A stretch of DNA of 64,000 bases, from positions 19,282,001 to 19,346,000 of the forward strand of contig OZ024747.1 in the NCBI GenBank assembly GCA_964016885.1, written 5' to 3'. The position numbers and the translations under genes were made by a program. The notes under the pieces are model-generated. The model saw nothing but the letters and a program-made list of their open reading frames with translations, did not search any database and had not been told where the DNA came from. This DNA is from Eledone cirrhosa (taxonomy: Eukaryota). Positions 12,761 to 25,315 of this stretch are shown here, piece after piece (the first letter of the stretch is position 1; the number at the start of each line of letters is the position of its first letter).

Positions 12761-13069
12761 TTGCTCCAGGAAACAACACATTACCTGGTCCGAGAAGCGA
12801 ACTCACAACCTTTCGATTGTTTCCTGGAGCAAGACGCTTTATTTCACGTTGCTCCAGTTTACTCAGCTGTAGAGATGAGTTGCGACGTCACTGGTGCCAA
12901 GCTGTATCAGCCATTGCCTTTCCCTTGGACATCATCGGTAGCGTGGAGAGGGGAGACTGGTATGCATGGGCCACTGCTGGTCTTCCTCAAACAACCTTGC
13001 CCGGACTTGTGCCTCGGAGGGAAGCTTTCTAGGTGCAAATCACATGGTCATTTGTACCGAAGCGGTTCT

Positions 13070-13072
<3 letters not shown>
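12754..13072 (+). mobile_element. SINE family 2 with an inverted 5' portion
   Basis: CORE-like TCCTGGAGCAAGACGCTTTATTTCACGTTGCTCCAG from 12821. The tRNA-head part is inverted and bracketed by a perfect 23-bp IR. Confidence 0.65.
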
Positions 13073-13131
<59 letters not shown>

Positions 13132-13522
13132 TATATAATTTTGTTCTATGTGAAAAAACACACCTACCACCACTACTGCTACTACCATGACTACACACCT
13201 CTTTCTCTATACACGAGAGTTCAATTTCCAGTTTCCTCAACAAGGAAGATGAAAAAAACTTACCTCTACACGTAATTTTAAATCTTTAATTTTTAGTTTT
13301 TAATTCTTATTAATTCTTTTTAATTGTAATACTCAACATTTGATGAGATGGATTTTACTAATAAATCGAAACCGGTTATACCTTATATTCTCTATATACA
13401 TTATAAAACTCTTTTTTAAAAAGAATTGTCCCTCTCATCCTTTTCATCTTTTTAATAATGTCACTTTGACGAAAAAAAACAAAACAATATATATGTATAT
13501 ATATATATACATATACATATAC

Positions 13523-13577
<55 letters not shown>

Positions 13578-13668
13578 TGTATGCATAATATATTTGGCAA
13601 TATACCGTATGTTTAATTAAAAACATTTTGAAGACCTTACGCTATCAGAGCACCAATCCTAATACTTA

Positions 13669-13732
<64 letters not shown>

Positions 13733-14349
13733 GTTTGTTTTTTACCTTTTACTAGCTTCAGTCATTAGGCTGCGGTCCAGCCCGTCATGTTGGGCACAAT
13801 TATGTATGTGTCTTCTTCTATGGTGTTCCATTGTTATTATCTCCTCGTCTCTCCTCAAGATTGTTCAAATCTTTTAGTGTATTTTATATTTTATCCTCTC
13901 CCTGGCTCTTACCCTCCATCCATAACTCCCTTCTCTACCCCATCCTTCACTTGGAGGTTAATGTTCGGAAAGTTAGACCCACCATTATTAAATTTATTCC
14001 ACAGACTCCATTTTTTCCTATTACTATTCACGACCTATAGCACCAGAAGTATCATATCACATTACATTTTTTCTTATTTTCCGTTTTGGTTTCCCATTTC
14101 TTAATTTATGTAAATAAAAGTTTAACTGGCATTAAAAAAAAAGTTTTATTAAAAGTAACCGGGAATTGTAAATATAAATTTATCGTAAAATCTGCAATAT
14201 ATATCAAAATACTCAAATATTTGGATAAAATTACATAAAAATAACAAAGAATGTAATATTTAACCAAACATACAGAAAAAGAAAGCAGTATCGGAAAGGT
14301 ATATAAATGTCATAATGAAAAGAAGGGAAAGAGCAATAAATGGGTGAGG

Positions 14350-14511
14350 AAGGAGAAGAAGAAGAAGGAGAAGAAGAAGAAGAAGAAAAGGAAGAAAAAG
14401 AAAAAGAAAAAGAAAAAGAAAAAGAAAAAGAAAAAGAAAAAGAAAAAGAAAAAGAAGAAGAAGAAGCATGTTTATTGTTTTGTTCATGAAATCCCTTCGA
14501 TTATGTCGCAT

Positions 14512-14543
<32 letters not shown>

Positions 14544-14739
14544 TGTATGTATGTATGTATGTATGTATGTATGTATGTATGTAGGTATGTATGTATGTAG
14601 GTATGTATGTATGTATGCATGCATGTATGTATGTACGTACGTACGTATGTATGTATGAAGGTGCGTATGTATGCATGTACGTATCTATGTATGTATGCAT
14701 GCATGTATGTATTTATGTATATATGTATTATGTATGTAG

Positions 14740-14770
<31 letters not shown>

Positions 14771-14834
14771 TGTATGTATGTATGTATGTATGTACCCGCA
14801 ACTATGTACATACGTATGTATGTATATATGTATG
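14350..14834. repeat. (GAA)n/(GAAAAA)n and (TATG)n microsatellites
   Basis: Directly visible. Confidence 0.9.
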
Positions 14835-15722
14835 CAAGAAGACAAAGGTAAAGGTGTACAAGGCATGTGTGCTCTCTTCTCTTCTTTATGCCTGCGAGAC
14901 CTGGGTCACATATCGACACCACCTTAAGCAATTGGAGCGTTTACATCAGATGTGTCTCAGACGGATCCATGGCGTTCACTGGAGGGACCACATCAGTGAT
15001 GTCGAGATTTTGGAAAGCTCTCTGTGTGACAGTATAGAAGCTCTTGTGCTTAAGCAACGACTCCGTTGGAGTGGTCACCTTGCCAGGATGAAGGATTCTA
15101 GAATACCAAGACAACTCTTTTATGGAGAGTTAGTTAAAGGAAAACGACCGCCACATAAACCAAAAAAAGAGGTATACGGATTCCTTGAAAGCCTCTTTGA
15201 AAGACGCTAACATCTCTGCTGATACATGGGAAAATGTTGCTGCAGAACCTAATAAATGGAGAAAGACTGTATATGAGGGGAAAGTTGCCTTTGAGGCATC
15301 TCGAATCGCATACGAGAAAGTAAAGCGGGATGTGAGGAAGGGCATTGCTGTTGCATTTCCAGACGGCGAAGGTCTTCCTATGGCGCTGACATGCAGCGTC
15401 TGTGTGAGACTCTGCCTAAGCAAAGCTGGACTCGAAAGTCACCTTCGCAGTCATAAAGTACAGTGGTTGACTACTAGGCTGCTGTTGGAGATGCTACTCA
15501 TCATGCTTGCCAAGCATGTGGTAGAGAATGTAAGTCAGCAGGAGGGCTCAAACGACATGGAAAAGTACATGAACTCCAACCACAGCCGGCTATTCCCAGT
15601 GAATGTTTTGGTTGCCAACTCTATGCAAGACATTTTAGATCATTGGCTGGGCTAAAAAGCCACATTCGATCGCAGCACTGTTAATTGGTATCGTGTGTGT
15701 GTAGATATGTTTATGTGTGTGC

Positions 15723-15800
<78 letters not shown>

Positions 15801-16187
15801 TATTATAGTTCTGTGTTCAAATCCCGCCGAGGTTGACTTTGCCTTTCATCCTTACGGGGTCGATAAAATAAAGTACCAGTAATGCACTAGATAATTGCTG
15901 GCCTTGTGCCTAAAGTAGAAACAATTATTGTTGTTGTTGTTGTCGTTATTATTATTGTTGTTATTATTATTATTATTGTTATTATTACGGTTTTCTTTTC
16001 TCGTGCAATGGCCATAATCGATAACGAGAGACCAGCCATCATCATGTATGTATCTATATATGTACGTATGTATGTATGTATGTATGTATGTATGTATGTA
16101 TGTATGTATGTATGTATGTATGTATGTATGTATGTATGCATGTATGTATGTATGTATGTATGTACGTATGTATGTACGTATGTATGT
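14835..16187 (+). pseudogene. 5'-truncated RTE-clade (BovB-like) LINE: RT C-terminus, C2H2 zinc fingers, split 3' UTR and (ATGT)n tail
   Basis: KTKVKVYKACVLSSLLYACETW...LERLHQMCLRRI...QRLRWSGHLARMKDSRIPRQLFYGEL. Frameshifts near 15170 and 15460; stop TAA at 15682-15684. The 3' end resumes at 16001 after microsatellites and a SINE. Confidence 0.9.
15808..15930 (+). mobile_element. 5'-truncated SINE family 1 inside the RTE 3' UTR
   Basis: Runs from the B-box GTTCAAATCCC to AAGTAGAAACAATTATT. Confidence 0.85.
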
Positions 16188-16812
16188 CAGGTCACCAGTT
16201 GGTGTTACTGGTAACATGTATCCCAGTACAACCTGTCACATGGTCGGGTCATTGGCGACTAAACTGGTAACCCCACCAAGGTTTCTTGGTGAGAAGGGTG
16301 ACTTTGGACATCCTGCAGGACTAAAAACAAAACCTGTCAAAGGGCAAAGGAGCTCTTAAGAGTAATGGCCATCCAAAATCACCGGGAGAGATGACCCCTT
16401 AGCCTTTGTCAAGGCAGAATTCTAGTATAAGGAAAACTCTGATATAACACCTGCAACCCTGATAGTATCCAATGATGTTGACTTGTTCTTCTTTTTGGTA
16501 AATATCATCTTGGTTAAGAGAGTGGGACTGGCTTTGTGCAGTGCCTTTGCTCACTATAAAAGCTTCACGGCACAGGCATTGCTTTATATCTGGAGATCTC
16601 TCTGCACTTGTCGTCACATGGTACCATGGGCCCAGCACTATGTGTCAATAATTGTCACAAGTGTAATGTTTGTACCAGAGTTTCCAAGTCGCTGGCTGGA
16701 CTAAAAATTCACACAAGTTCAGCGCATCGGTAGGGGTTCTCCTACATGGATATAAAGTAGTGGCCGTACTCGAAAACGAGTTGGCAGCCACCATGTATGT
16801 ATGTATGTATGT
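16188..16812 (+). mobile_element. Bipartite non-autonomous RTE-derived retroposon, copy 2
   Basis: Colinear with 2404-3035(-); ends GTGGCCGTACTCGAAAACGAGTTGGCAGCCACC(ATGT)n. Confidence 0.65.
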
Positions 16813-17517
16813 ACCCGTAACTCATGATGGAATCATAGTGGTGTCCATTCCTCATCGTGACTGAACACAGCTGACATTTTTTTTCCAGCGAAGGAAAGGG
16901 ACAGATTGACAGAGAGGAAATGAGAAATAGATATAGAAGAAGAATCAAATCCAGTACAAGACTGGTACATTTTTTTTTATCGAATTTGAAAGAACGAAAG
17001 GCAAAGCCGATATTGGCTGTTTTTCAACTTGGATCACAGAAAGTCGGAACAAATAGTATAGTGCAAAGCATTCTATCCGGCATTCTAACCGCAACTGTGG
17101 TATATAAAATGAACATACTATTGAAGTGAAGGGTTTTAATGCTGTTTCTTAAATCTAACACATATTTCGTCCCGTGTTTATTATGAACCGTGCTGCCTTA
17201 TATACTATTGCTAAAAATGTAACCCAACTTTAATGATGATTGTGAGTTTGTTGAAACTAAGATTTACCTTCTATAGTGATCAACGTGAGTGTCTACGTAG
17301 AAACTATCTTGTTGATTCGACAAGATAGTAGAAGTAGTCTTTTGTAGTGCGCAGCTTGACAAAGACGATTAGAACTCTTTTGTTATAATGGGAAAATATC
17401 GACTAATTTCTTTATATATATATTCCATTGTATCATTACAATAATACCATCTCTTTTCATTAATATAGCAGATTTTATCAGACAAATCTGAATGTGTAAT
17501 TGCCAACAAACTCCTCC

Positions 17518-17519
<2 letters not shown>

Positions 17520-17553
<34 letters not shown>

Positions 17554-17618
17554 ACACATACACACACATACACACACATACACACACATACACACAGACA
17601 CACACGCACGCACACTCA

Positions 17619-17659
<41 letters not shown>

Positions 17660-17849
17660 ACACACACACACACGCACGCACATACACACCCACACACACA
17701 CACACACACACGCACACACACTCACACACACACACACACACACCCTCATACACACACACATACACACACGCACTCATACACACACACATATATATATCTA
17801 TATATATATATACACACACACATATATATATATATATATATGTATGTAT

Positions 17850-17895
<46 letters not shown>

Positions 17896-17981
17896 GTATA
17901 CTCATATATATATAGACACGTGTATGCCGCGACTTCATTTACCAAAATAATTCATCAGTGTTACATCTTAAAGAACAAACG

Positions 17982-18013
<32 letters not shown>

Positions 18014-19065
18014 AAACAACAACAACAAGAAAAGCCTCAAAAACAAAATAAGAAACAAATAGGAAAAAACAAAACAAAAACAAAACAATAGAGAAAAGAA
18101 AATAAAGTCAAAATAAAATCAAAAGAAAGAATGCGGCTTAGTAGCATCATCGTCATCAATATCAACAGCACCATCATCGCCAACATCAGTAGCATCATCG
18201 CCAACATCAGTACGATCATCGCCATCAATATCAACAGCACCATCATCGCCAACATCAGTACCATCATCACCATCAATATCAACAGCACCATCATCGCCAA
18301 CATCAGTAGCAGCATCGCCATCATAACAGAAACTGCAATTACCATTACATCTTGATCTACAACAAACAATCTTCAGTAATACGATTACCACGACGACGAC
18401 GACCACCACCACCATCACCACCACCACCACCACTACCACCACCACCACCAACACTACTATCACCGCCCCCACCACCATACCCACCACCTCCACTACCACC
18501 ACCACCACCACCACTACCACCACCACTACTACCACCATCATCACCAACACGACTACCACCACCACCACCACCATACTCACCGCCTCCACTAATACCACGA
18601 CCACCAACACTACTACCACCACCACAAACACCACAAACACCACCACCTCTACTACTACCACCACCATACCCACCACCTCCACTACCACCACCACCACCAC
18701 ACTACCACCACTACCCCCCCATACCCACCACCTCCACTACCACCACCACCACTACCTCCACTACCACCACCACCACCACCACAACAACAACAACTTCAAC
18801 ATCACCATCATCATCATCATCATCATCAGCATTATCTTCATCCCCCCTCTCCCCCTCCCCCTCCCCCCTCCTCACAATCGTCGTCATTATGATGATGATG
18901 ATGATGATGATGTTGATGATGATGATGGTGATGATGTTGCTGATGATAATGATGATGATGATGAAGATGATGTTGATGATGCTCTTGATGATGATGTTGA
19001 TGATGATGGTGGTGGTGGTGTTTTTGGTGGTGGTGGTGGTGTTAATGATAACATCATCATCATCA
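17520..19065. repeat. Compound microsatellite block: (CA)n, (TA)n, a 21/27-bp CAT-derived minisatellite, (CAC)n, (GAT)n
   Basis: Directly visible. The minisatellite at ~18144-18322 alternates CATCATCGCCAACATCAGTA(G/C) and CATCATCGCCATCAATATCAACAGCAC. Confidence 0.9.
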
Positions 19066-19127
19066 ACGTGACTTTTAGCTCAACCACTATAGCGGATTAC
19101 CACCATATGTAAAAGAGGTGGGATAAT

Positions 19128-19636
19128 AATAATGATTGTTTCTACTTTAGGCACAAGGCCAGCAATTACACCAGTACATTACTGGTACTCTATTTCATCG
19201 ACCCCGTAAGGATGAAAGGCAAAGTCAACCTCGGCGGGATTTGAACTCAGATCGTAAAGGGACGTAACTATGCTGGAAAACATGGCGTCCGACGCTCTAC
19301 CGATACTGCCAATCCACATGATGTAGTAGTAGTAGTAGTAGTAGTAGAAGAAATAGTAGTAGTACTAGTAGCAGTAGCAGTAGCAGCAGTGGCAGTAGTA
19401 GCAGTAGTAGCAGTAGTAGAAGTAGCAACCGAAATAGTGGTAATAATAATAATAATTGTTTCTACTTTTGGCACAAAGCCAGCAATTACACAGTGTATTA
19501 CTGGTACTTTATTTTATCGATCCCGTAAGGATGAAAGGCAAAGTTAACCTCGGCGGGATTTGAACTCAGACCGTAAAGGGACGTAACTCTATGCTTCAAA
19601 GCATGGTGTCCGACTTTCTACCGATACTGCCAATCT
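19128..19636 (-). mobile_element. Two SINE family 1 copies separated by (GTA)n/(GCA)n
   Basis: Consensus matches at ~19128-19317 and ~19450-19636. Confidence 0.9.
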
Positions 19637-20199
19637 ACTATACGAAGTAGAAAACAACAAAGATTAAAAACAAGATTAAAAATGTTAAGTTAAAACGAAA
19701 ACAAAATGGAAGCCGAAAGAAACCCTAACGCATCTTAATCTTGCTTCTTTATCTTTATTTCTTTTGCTCTTCACCCATGGTTTTTTTTTTTTATATATAT
19801 TTTCTTAAAAGAAAGTCGATTAAGGGAAACAAAAATAAACAGAAACTCTCCATTAGAAATCACTAAATAATAGTACTAGCGTTATATACAAGTGTGGATG
19901 ATGGAAAAGAGGAAGAAAGATTTTAATCGTTTTTACCAAATGGACTATAAATTTTCTGCCAATTTCATCCATTACGAATGGGACTGTCATTATTATTATT
20001 TTTGTTGTTGTTGTTGTTGACACCGTAGTTATTGTTATTATCGTTATGGTTGTTATTATTTCTGCTAAAACTGTTGTTGTTGTTGTTATTATTATTATTA
20101 TTATTATTATTGCTGTTGTTGATCTTCTTCTTCTTCTTCCCTTTTCTCTACTTGTATTACTGTTTTTTAAGTTTATTTTTCTTTTGCTTTTTAAAGATG

Positions 20200-21390
<1,191 letters not shown>

Positions 21391-21454
21391 ATTGTGTAAG
21401 CATGCTTTTGTGTGTAATTATGCCTCTGCTAGTACGTGTCTACCATACATCCCT

Positions 21455-21790
21455 TTCTGGCACCCGTTTTTGTTCTTGTAGCACAATGTTGTTTTCCAGA
21501 TGTGTAACTAGACAGTTGTACATTATTGATGTGAGGGTTTTATAGGCTGTTAGCAGGCATGTTACAGGCGTTTAATGTTGTGGGTGTATAGTGGCTTTGT
21601 TGTTTGGTATTAGAGTGGTTTTCTTTACCAGTAGCTTGTCAAGTGTTAGTTATGGTTTGTTTAGCAGTTCATTAAAGGTTTCTGCAACATATTCATGGGT
21701 ACTGGTGAGGTGTTTCAGTTAGAAATTGTGGTCCGTGTTTATTCTCAGTGTTTTCCAGTTGCTAGCAGTCTTGAATGTGTCAAACATGGC
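21455..21790 (-). pseudogene. Decayed R4/Dong-type reverse transcriptase N-terminal fragment
   Basis: Minus-strand pieces LKHLTSTHEYVAETFNELLNKP...TTLIPNNKATIHPQH*TPVTCLLTAYK...TSIMYNCLVTHLENNIVLQEQK resemble the start of an RT domain (YRPITCL..YK..T..I...L..HLE...EQKG). Confidence 0.6.
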
Positions 21791-22692
21791 CGCTATTAGC
21801 TACTCCAGATCCCACAGTGATGTTGGATTGCTACATTAGACATAACAAAAAACTACGCCTTTATTAATTCATAGCACAGCAACATCAGTTATAGAAAAAT
21901 GATACCTGCCTACATTATCTCTGTATCGACATTAAATACGGAAATACCTGTGGTCGCTGTTAAACATACGTCATGCGACCTGAACCAGCCAATTGAGGCC
22001 CTCTATGACATCTCGTCACTTATTTGATGTAGATTGCGTGTCAGCAAATTAGAAATAAAAATTTTAAATTATGTCTGCAATTCAACATTAGCTCTGTCCT
22101 TATCTTTGTGTTGGCGTTTATGATGTAATATATGCAAGTCAGTCATAAATTACATGATGTTAATCTATTATTATATGAAGCTGCTTATTCAAGGCTAGAC
22201 CACGCCACATTAGTAAATAATAGACCGCTTACAGCCTGGTGTAGCGTTTTCTTTGTGTGACTGTATGTGAAAGAGCTCGTATGCTACTGTACTCGGCTTT
22301 GAAATAAGCTTTCTGTTAAGCTGATGTAATACACAGTCTTAACTTGTTTTTCTTTCAGCTGTTGAGCTTTGCTACACAATACAGCTACATACGCCCTCGC
22401 AAGTGAATGGATATGACTCAGTCTTTCAACAAATACTGTCATCTTCTTCTTCTTCTTCTTGTGGTGGTGGTAAGGGCTTTACATTGATGATATTCATGAT
22501 GATGATGATGCTGATGCTGGTAATGATGATGTCATGTTTTATCTTCAGTATCGCTTCAGATTAGTGTAATTACTACAGATCATCCAAACCACTGGAATTA
22601 TCTCTAAATTTCCGATATTCCATAATTATATTGGAAATACCTTATAGGTTTATATTATCTCACATGGTAGCAGTAAGAGTAGCAATGTTTAA

Positions 22693-23015
22693 TAGAGGCT
22701 TGTAGTGAAGTGGATAAGGCGTTCGACTCACAATCACAAGGTCTTGAGTTGGATTCGCGGACTGGATGGAGCATTGTGTCCTTGAGCATGATACTTTATT
22801 CAACGTTGCTCCAGTCAGTGTAACTGGCAACAAAGAAATGAGTTGTAATTTGTAATTCAAAGGGCTAGAGGTGTCCTACACTGTGTGTCCCGCTGAATAT
22901 CCTTCAGAATTGCATTAAAGAGTACACGTGTCTGTAGAATGGTCAACCACATACACGTTAATTTCAAAAGTAGGCGGTTCAGGTGTTCGAACAACTGGAA
23001 CTCTCATCGTCAAAA
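22693..23015 (+). mobile_element. SINE family 2 (tRNA head plus CORE-like domain), diverged
   Basis: GGCTTGTAGTGAAGTGGATAAG...GAGTTGGATTCGC...GTGTCCTTGAGCATGATACTTTATTCAACGTTGCTCCAG. Confidence 0.65.
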
Positions 23016-23049
23016 ACGCCGAAATCCAACAACAACATTAACAACAACA

Positions 23050-23167
<118 letters not shown>

Positions 23168-23168
23168 G

Positions 23169-23340
23169 AGAAAAGCTTCTACAGGAGTAGAACTGTTTCA
23201 TTCGTGAGAAATCTTCAGCAAGCTCCTGATGATTTCTCACGAATGAAACAGTTCTAGTCCTGTAGAAGCTTTTCTATATTAAAATATTTATACTCTGCTA
23301 TGTATTGAGTACCTTACTTACTGTAGTTACCTCCGATTCA
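23169..23340 (+). ncRNA. Palindromic cassette with Type I hammerhead ribozyme folds on both strands, plus a pLTR-like tail
   Basis: Plus strand: AAGCTC-CTGATGA-T-TTC/GAA-T-GAAA-CAG/CTG-TA-GAAGCTT (23220-23271). The minus-strand arm has the equivalent CTGAAGA core. Arms are 50 bp with 2 mismatches. Confidence 0.7.
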
Positions 23341-23343
23341 ATG

Positions 23344-23392
<49 letters not shown>

Positions 23393-23405
23393 GTTTAAAT
23401 GAGTT

Positions 23406-23998
23406 AATAATTGTTTGTACTTTTAGCACAAGGCCAGCAATTACCCCAGTGTATTACTGGTACTTTATTTTATCGACCCCGTAAGGATGAAAGGCAAAGT
23501 TAACCTCGGCGGGATTTGAACTCAGAATGGCAAGGGCCGTAACTCTATGCGTCAAAGCATGGCGTCCGACCCTCTACCGATACTGCCAATCCATTAATAA
23601 TACAGCTATATAAGGTAAAGAATAATTCAAAGCTGAAATATGATTTTATACACCCTTGTAAGGTATGTATATATATATATATATATATATGTAAATATCT
23701 TTAAGTCGTTTGGAAGCCTCGACAATGCAAATGGGTAAATCTCCGGGTAACAAGGTCCGGTGGTGGAGAGAGAGATGACGTTGAGCCGGTGGTGGATATA
23801 TATATATAGTAATTGTTTCTACTTTAGGCACAAGGCCAGCAATTACCCAGTGCATTACTGGTACTTTATTTTATCGACCGTAAGGATGAAAGGCAAAGTC
23901 AACCTCGGCGGGATTTGAACTGAGATCGTAAAGGGACGTAACTATGCTGGAAAGCATGGCGTCCGACCCTCTACCGATACTGCCAATCCACCACCCTT
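23406..23998 (-). mobile_element. Two SINE family 1 copies
   Basis: ~23406-23593 and ~23809-23998 (TSD TATATATATAGTAAT). Confidence 0.9.
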
Positions 23999-24019
23999 AT
24001 ATATATAGTAATAATAATA

Positions 24020-24245
24020 AATTTGAAGACTAAAATCCAAAGAGGGCTCGATAAGGATAAATATATATCAAATATATAAAAACCATAGACCAAATATTTA
24101 TTAAAATAACAGATTAAAGTTTAAGCAAAGAATCGCTGCTTTCACCCTTAAAGGGATCTTCTGAAACGGGAGTTTCAGAAGATCCCGTTAAGGGTGAAAG
24201 CAGCGATTCTTTGCTTACACTTTAATCTGTTATTTTAATAAATAT
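24020..24245 (-). mobile_element. Fold-back cassette with a hammerhead-like variant (CAGAAGA core)
   Basis: 74-bp arms 24094-24167 and 24172-24245 with 2 mismatches. Reads GTTT-CAGAAGA-T-CCC/GGG-T-GAAA-GCA/TGC-TT-AAAC. Confidence 0.55.
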
Positions 24246-25164
24246 ATATATAAATATATATATGTATATATATATGCATGTATGTCAAGTTTCACATGAC
24301 CTTCTCTATTCTTAACCCCTCTCTTACTCCTTTACATATTCCCACTATCACTACGACCATATGAGATAGTATATATATATTTACTTTCTATGCATATGTA
24401 TGGAAAATGAAAGTGAATGTATAATGACAAAGTTTAACGTTAATGCATTAGCCTATTACTGTGGCACTGTCGTTTTCTGTGTGTCTGTATTCCGATTCAA
24501 TGACAATTGAAAGGTGTAGCGGCATATTCATCTGACAGGGTGGCAGGGATGAAATGGGAAGAAGATAATTAATTAATGAAACTCCGATTTCAAAGAGAAT
24601 AGTGATGGTGTCTTGAAATGTCATATACAGGTCGCATTGTAAACAGAGCAATAGACATTGATATCTTGGGAATATCTTGGAATAATATATAATTATTATA
24701 GAAATAGATTTGTGTCAAGTAACCTCATGCATAGTCGTATTTAAAGTCATCTTTTTGTGGCGAATCTCTTGAAACTAGAATATGATTTGTACTGAGGGAA
24801 TAGTTGTATCCGAGGAATTTAGTTGGTATAGTGAAGGGAAGCAGGGGCAGTCATGGCTTAAGGTCCGGTAGCATAATAAAACGACAAAAAACATACTAAA
24901 ATGATTGATGGTCCCTTCTCCCTTATAAAAAGCTATCACAATCCTTATAATGACTATAAAATAGTCAAATAATTCGAGTAAATTACCCTTGGATATGCAA
25001 AAAAGTTAGATGAGAAGTTTACGAAGAAATTGAGAAAGTTTGAAAATTTGAACTATATTTACTTTTTTTTATAAAAAAAACAAAAAAACTGCCATATGAC
25101 AGTTATAACGACTATGAAATAGTCGAATAAATCGGGTACATTAAATTTGTGAAAGAGAATTAAC

Positions 25165-25315
25165 TCTCCAGTTACTGCTGGTACTCATTTACAGCTGAAT
25201 GTACAGAAGCAACCTGAAATGAAGTATTTTACTCAAGAACACAACGCTCCACCCGATCCAGGAATCGAACTCATGACATTATGATTGTAAACTTAATACC
25301 CTAACCAATAGGCCT
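25165..25315 (-). mobile_element. SINE family 2, diverged
   Basis: Reverse complement contains GAGTTCGATTCCTGG and GTGTTCTTGAGTAAAATACTTCATTTCAGGTTGCTTCTG. Confidence 0.6.

Noticed and set aside
17915-17962. Minus-strand hammerhead candidate (CTGATGA...GAAG)
   Set aside because: GAAG instead of GAAA, and no stem I or stem III pairing.
18119-19071. Long ORFs resembling extensin (poly-Pro) or an Asp-rich biomineralisation protein
   Set aside because: They are translations of (CAC)n/(CAT)n-derived repeats that are open in several frames on both strands, with no splice or start evidence.
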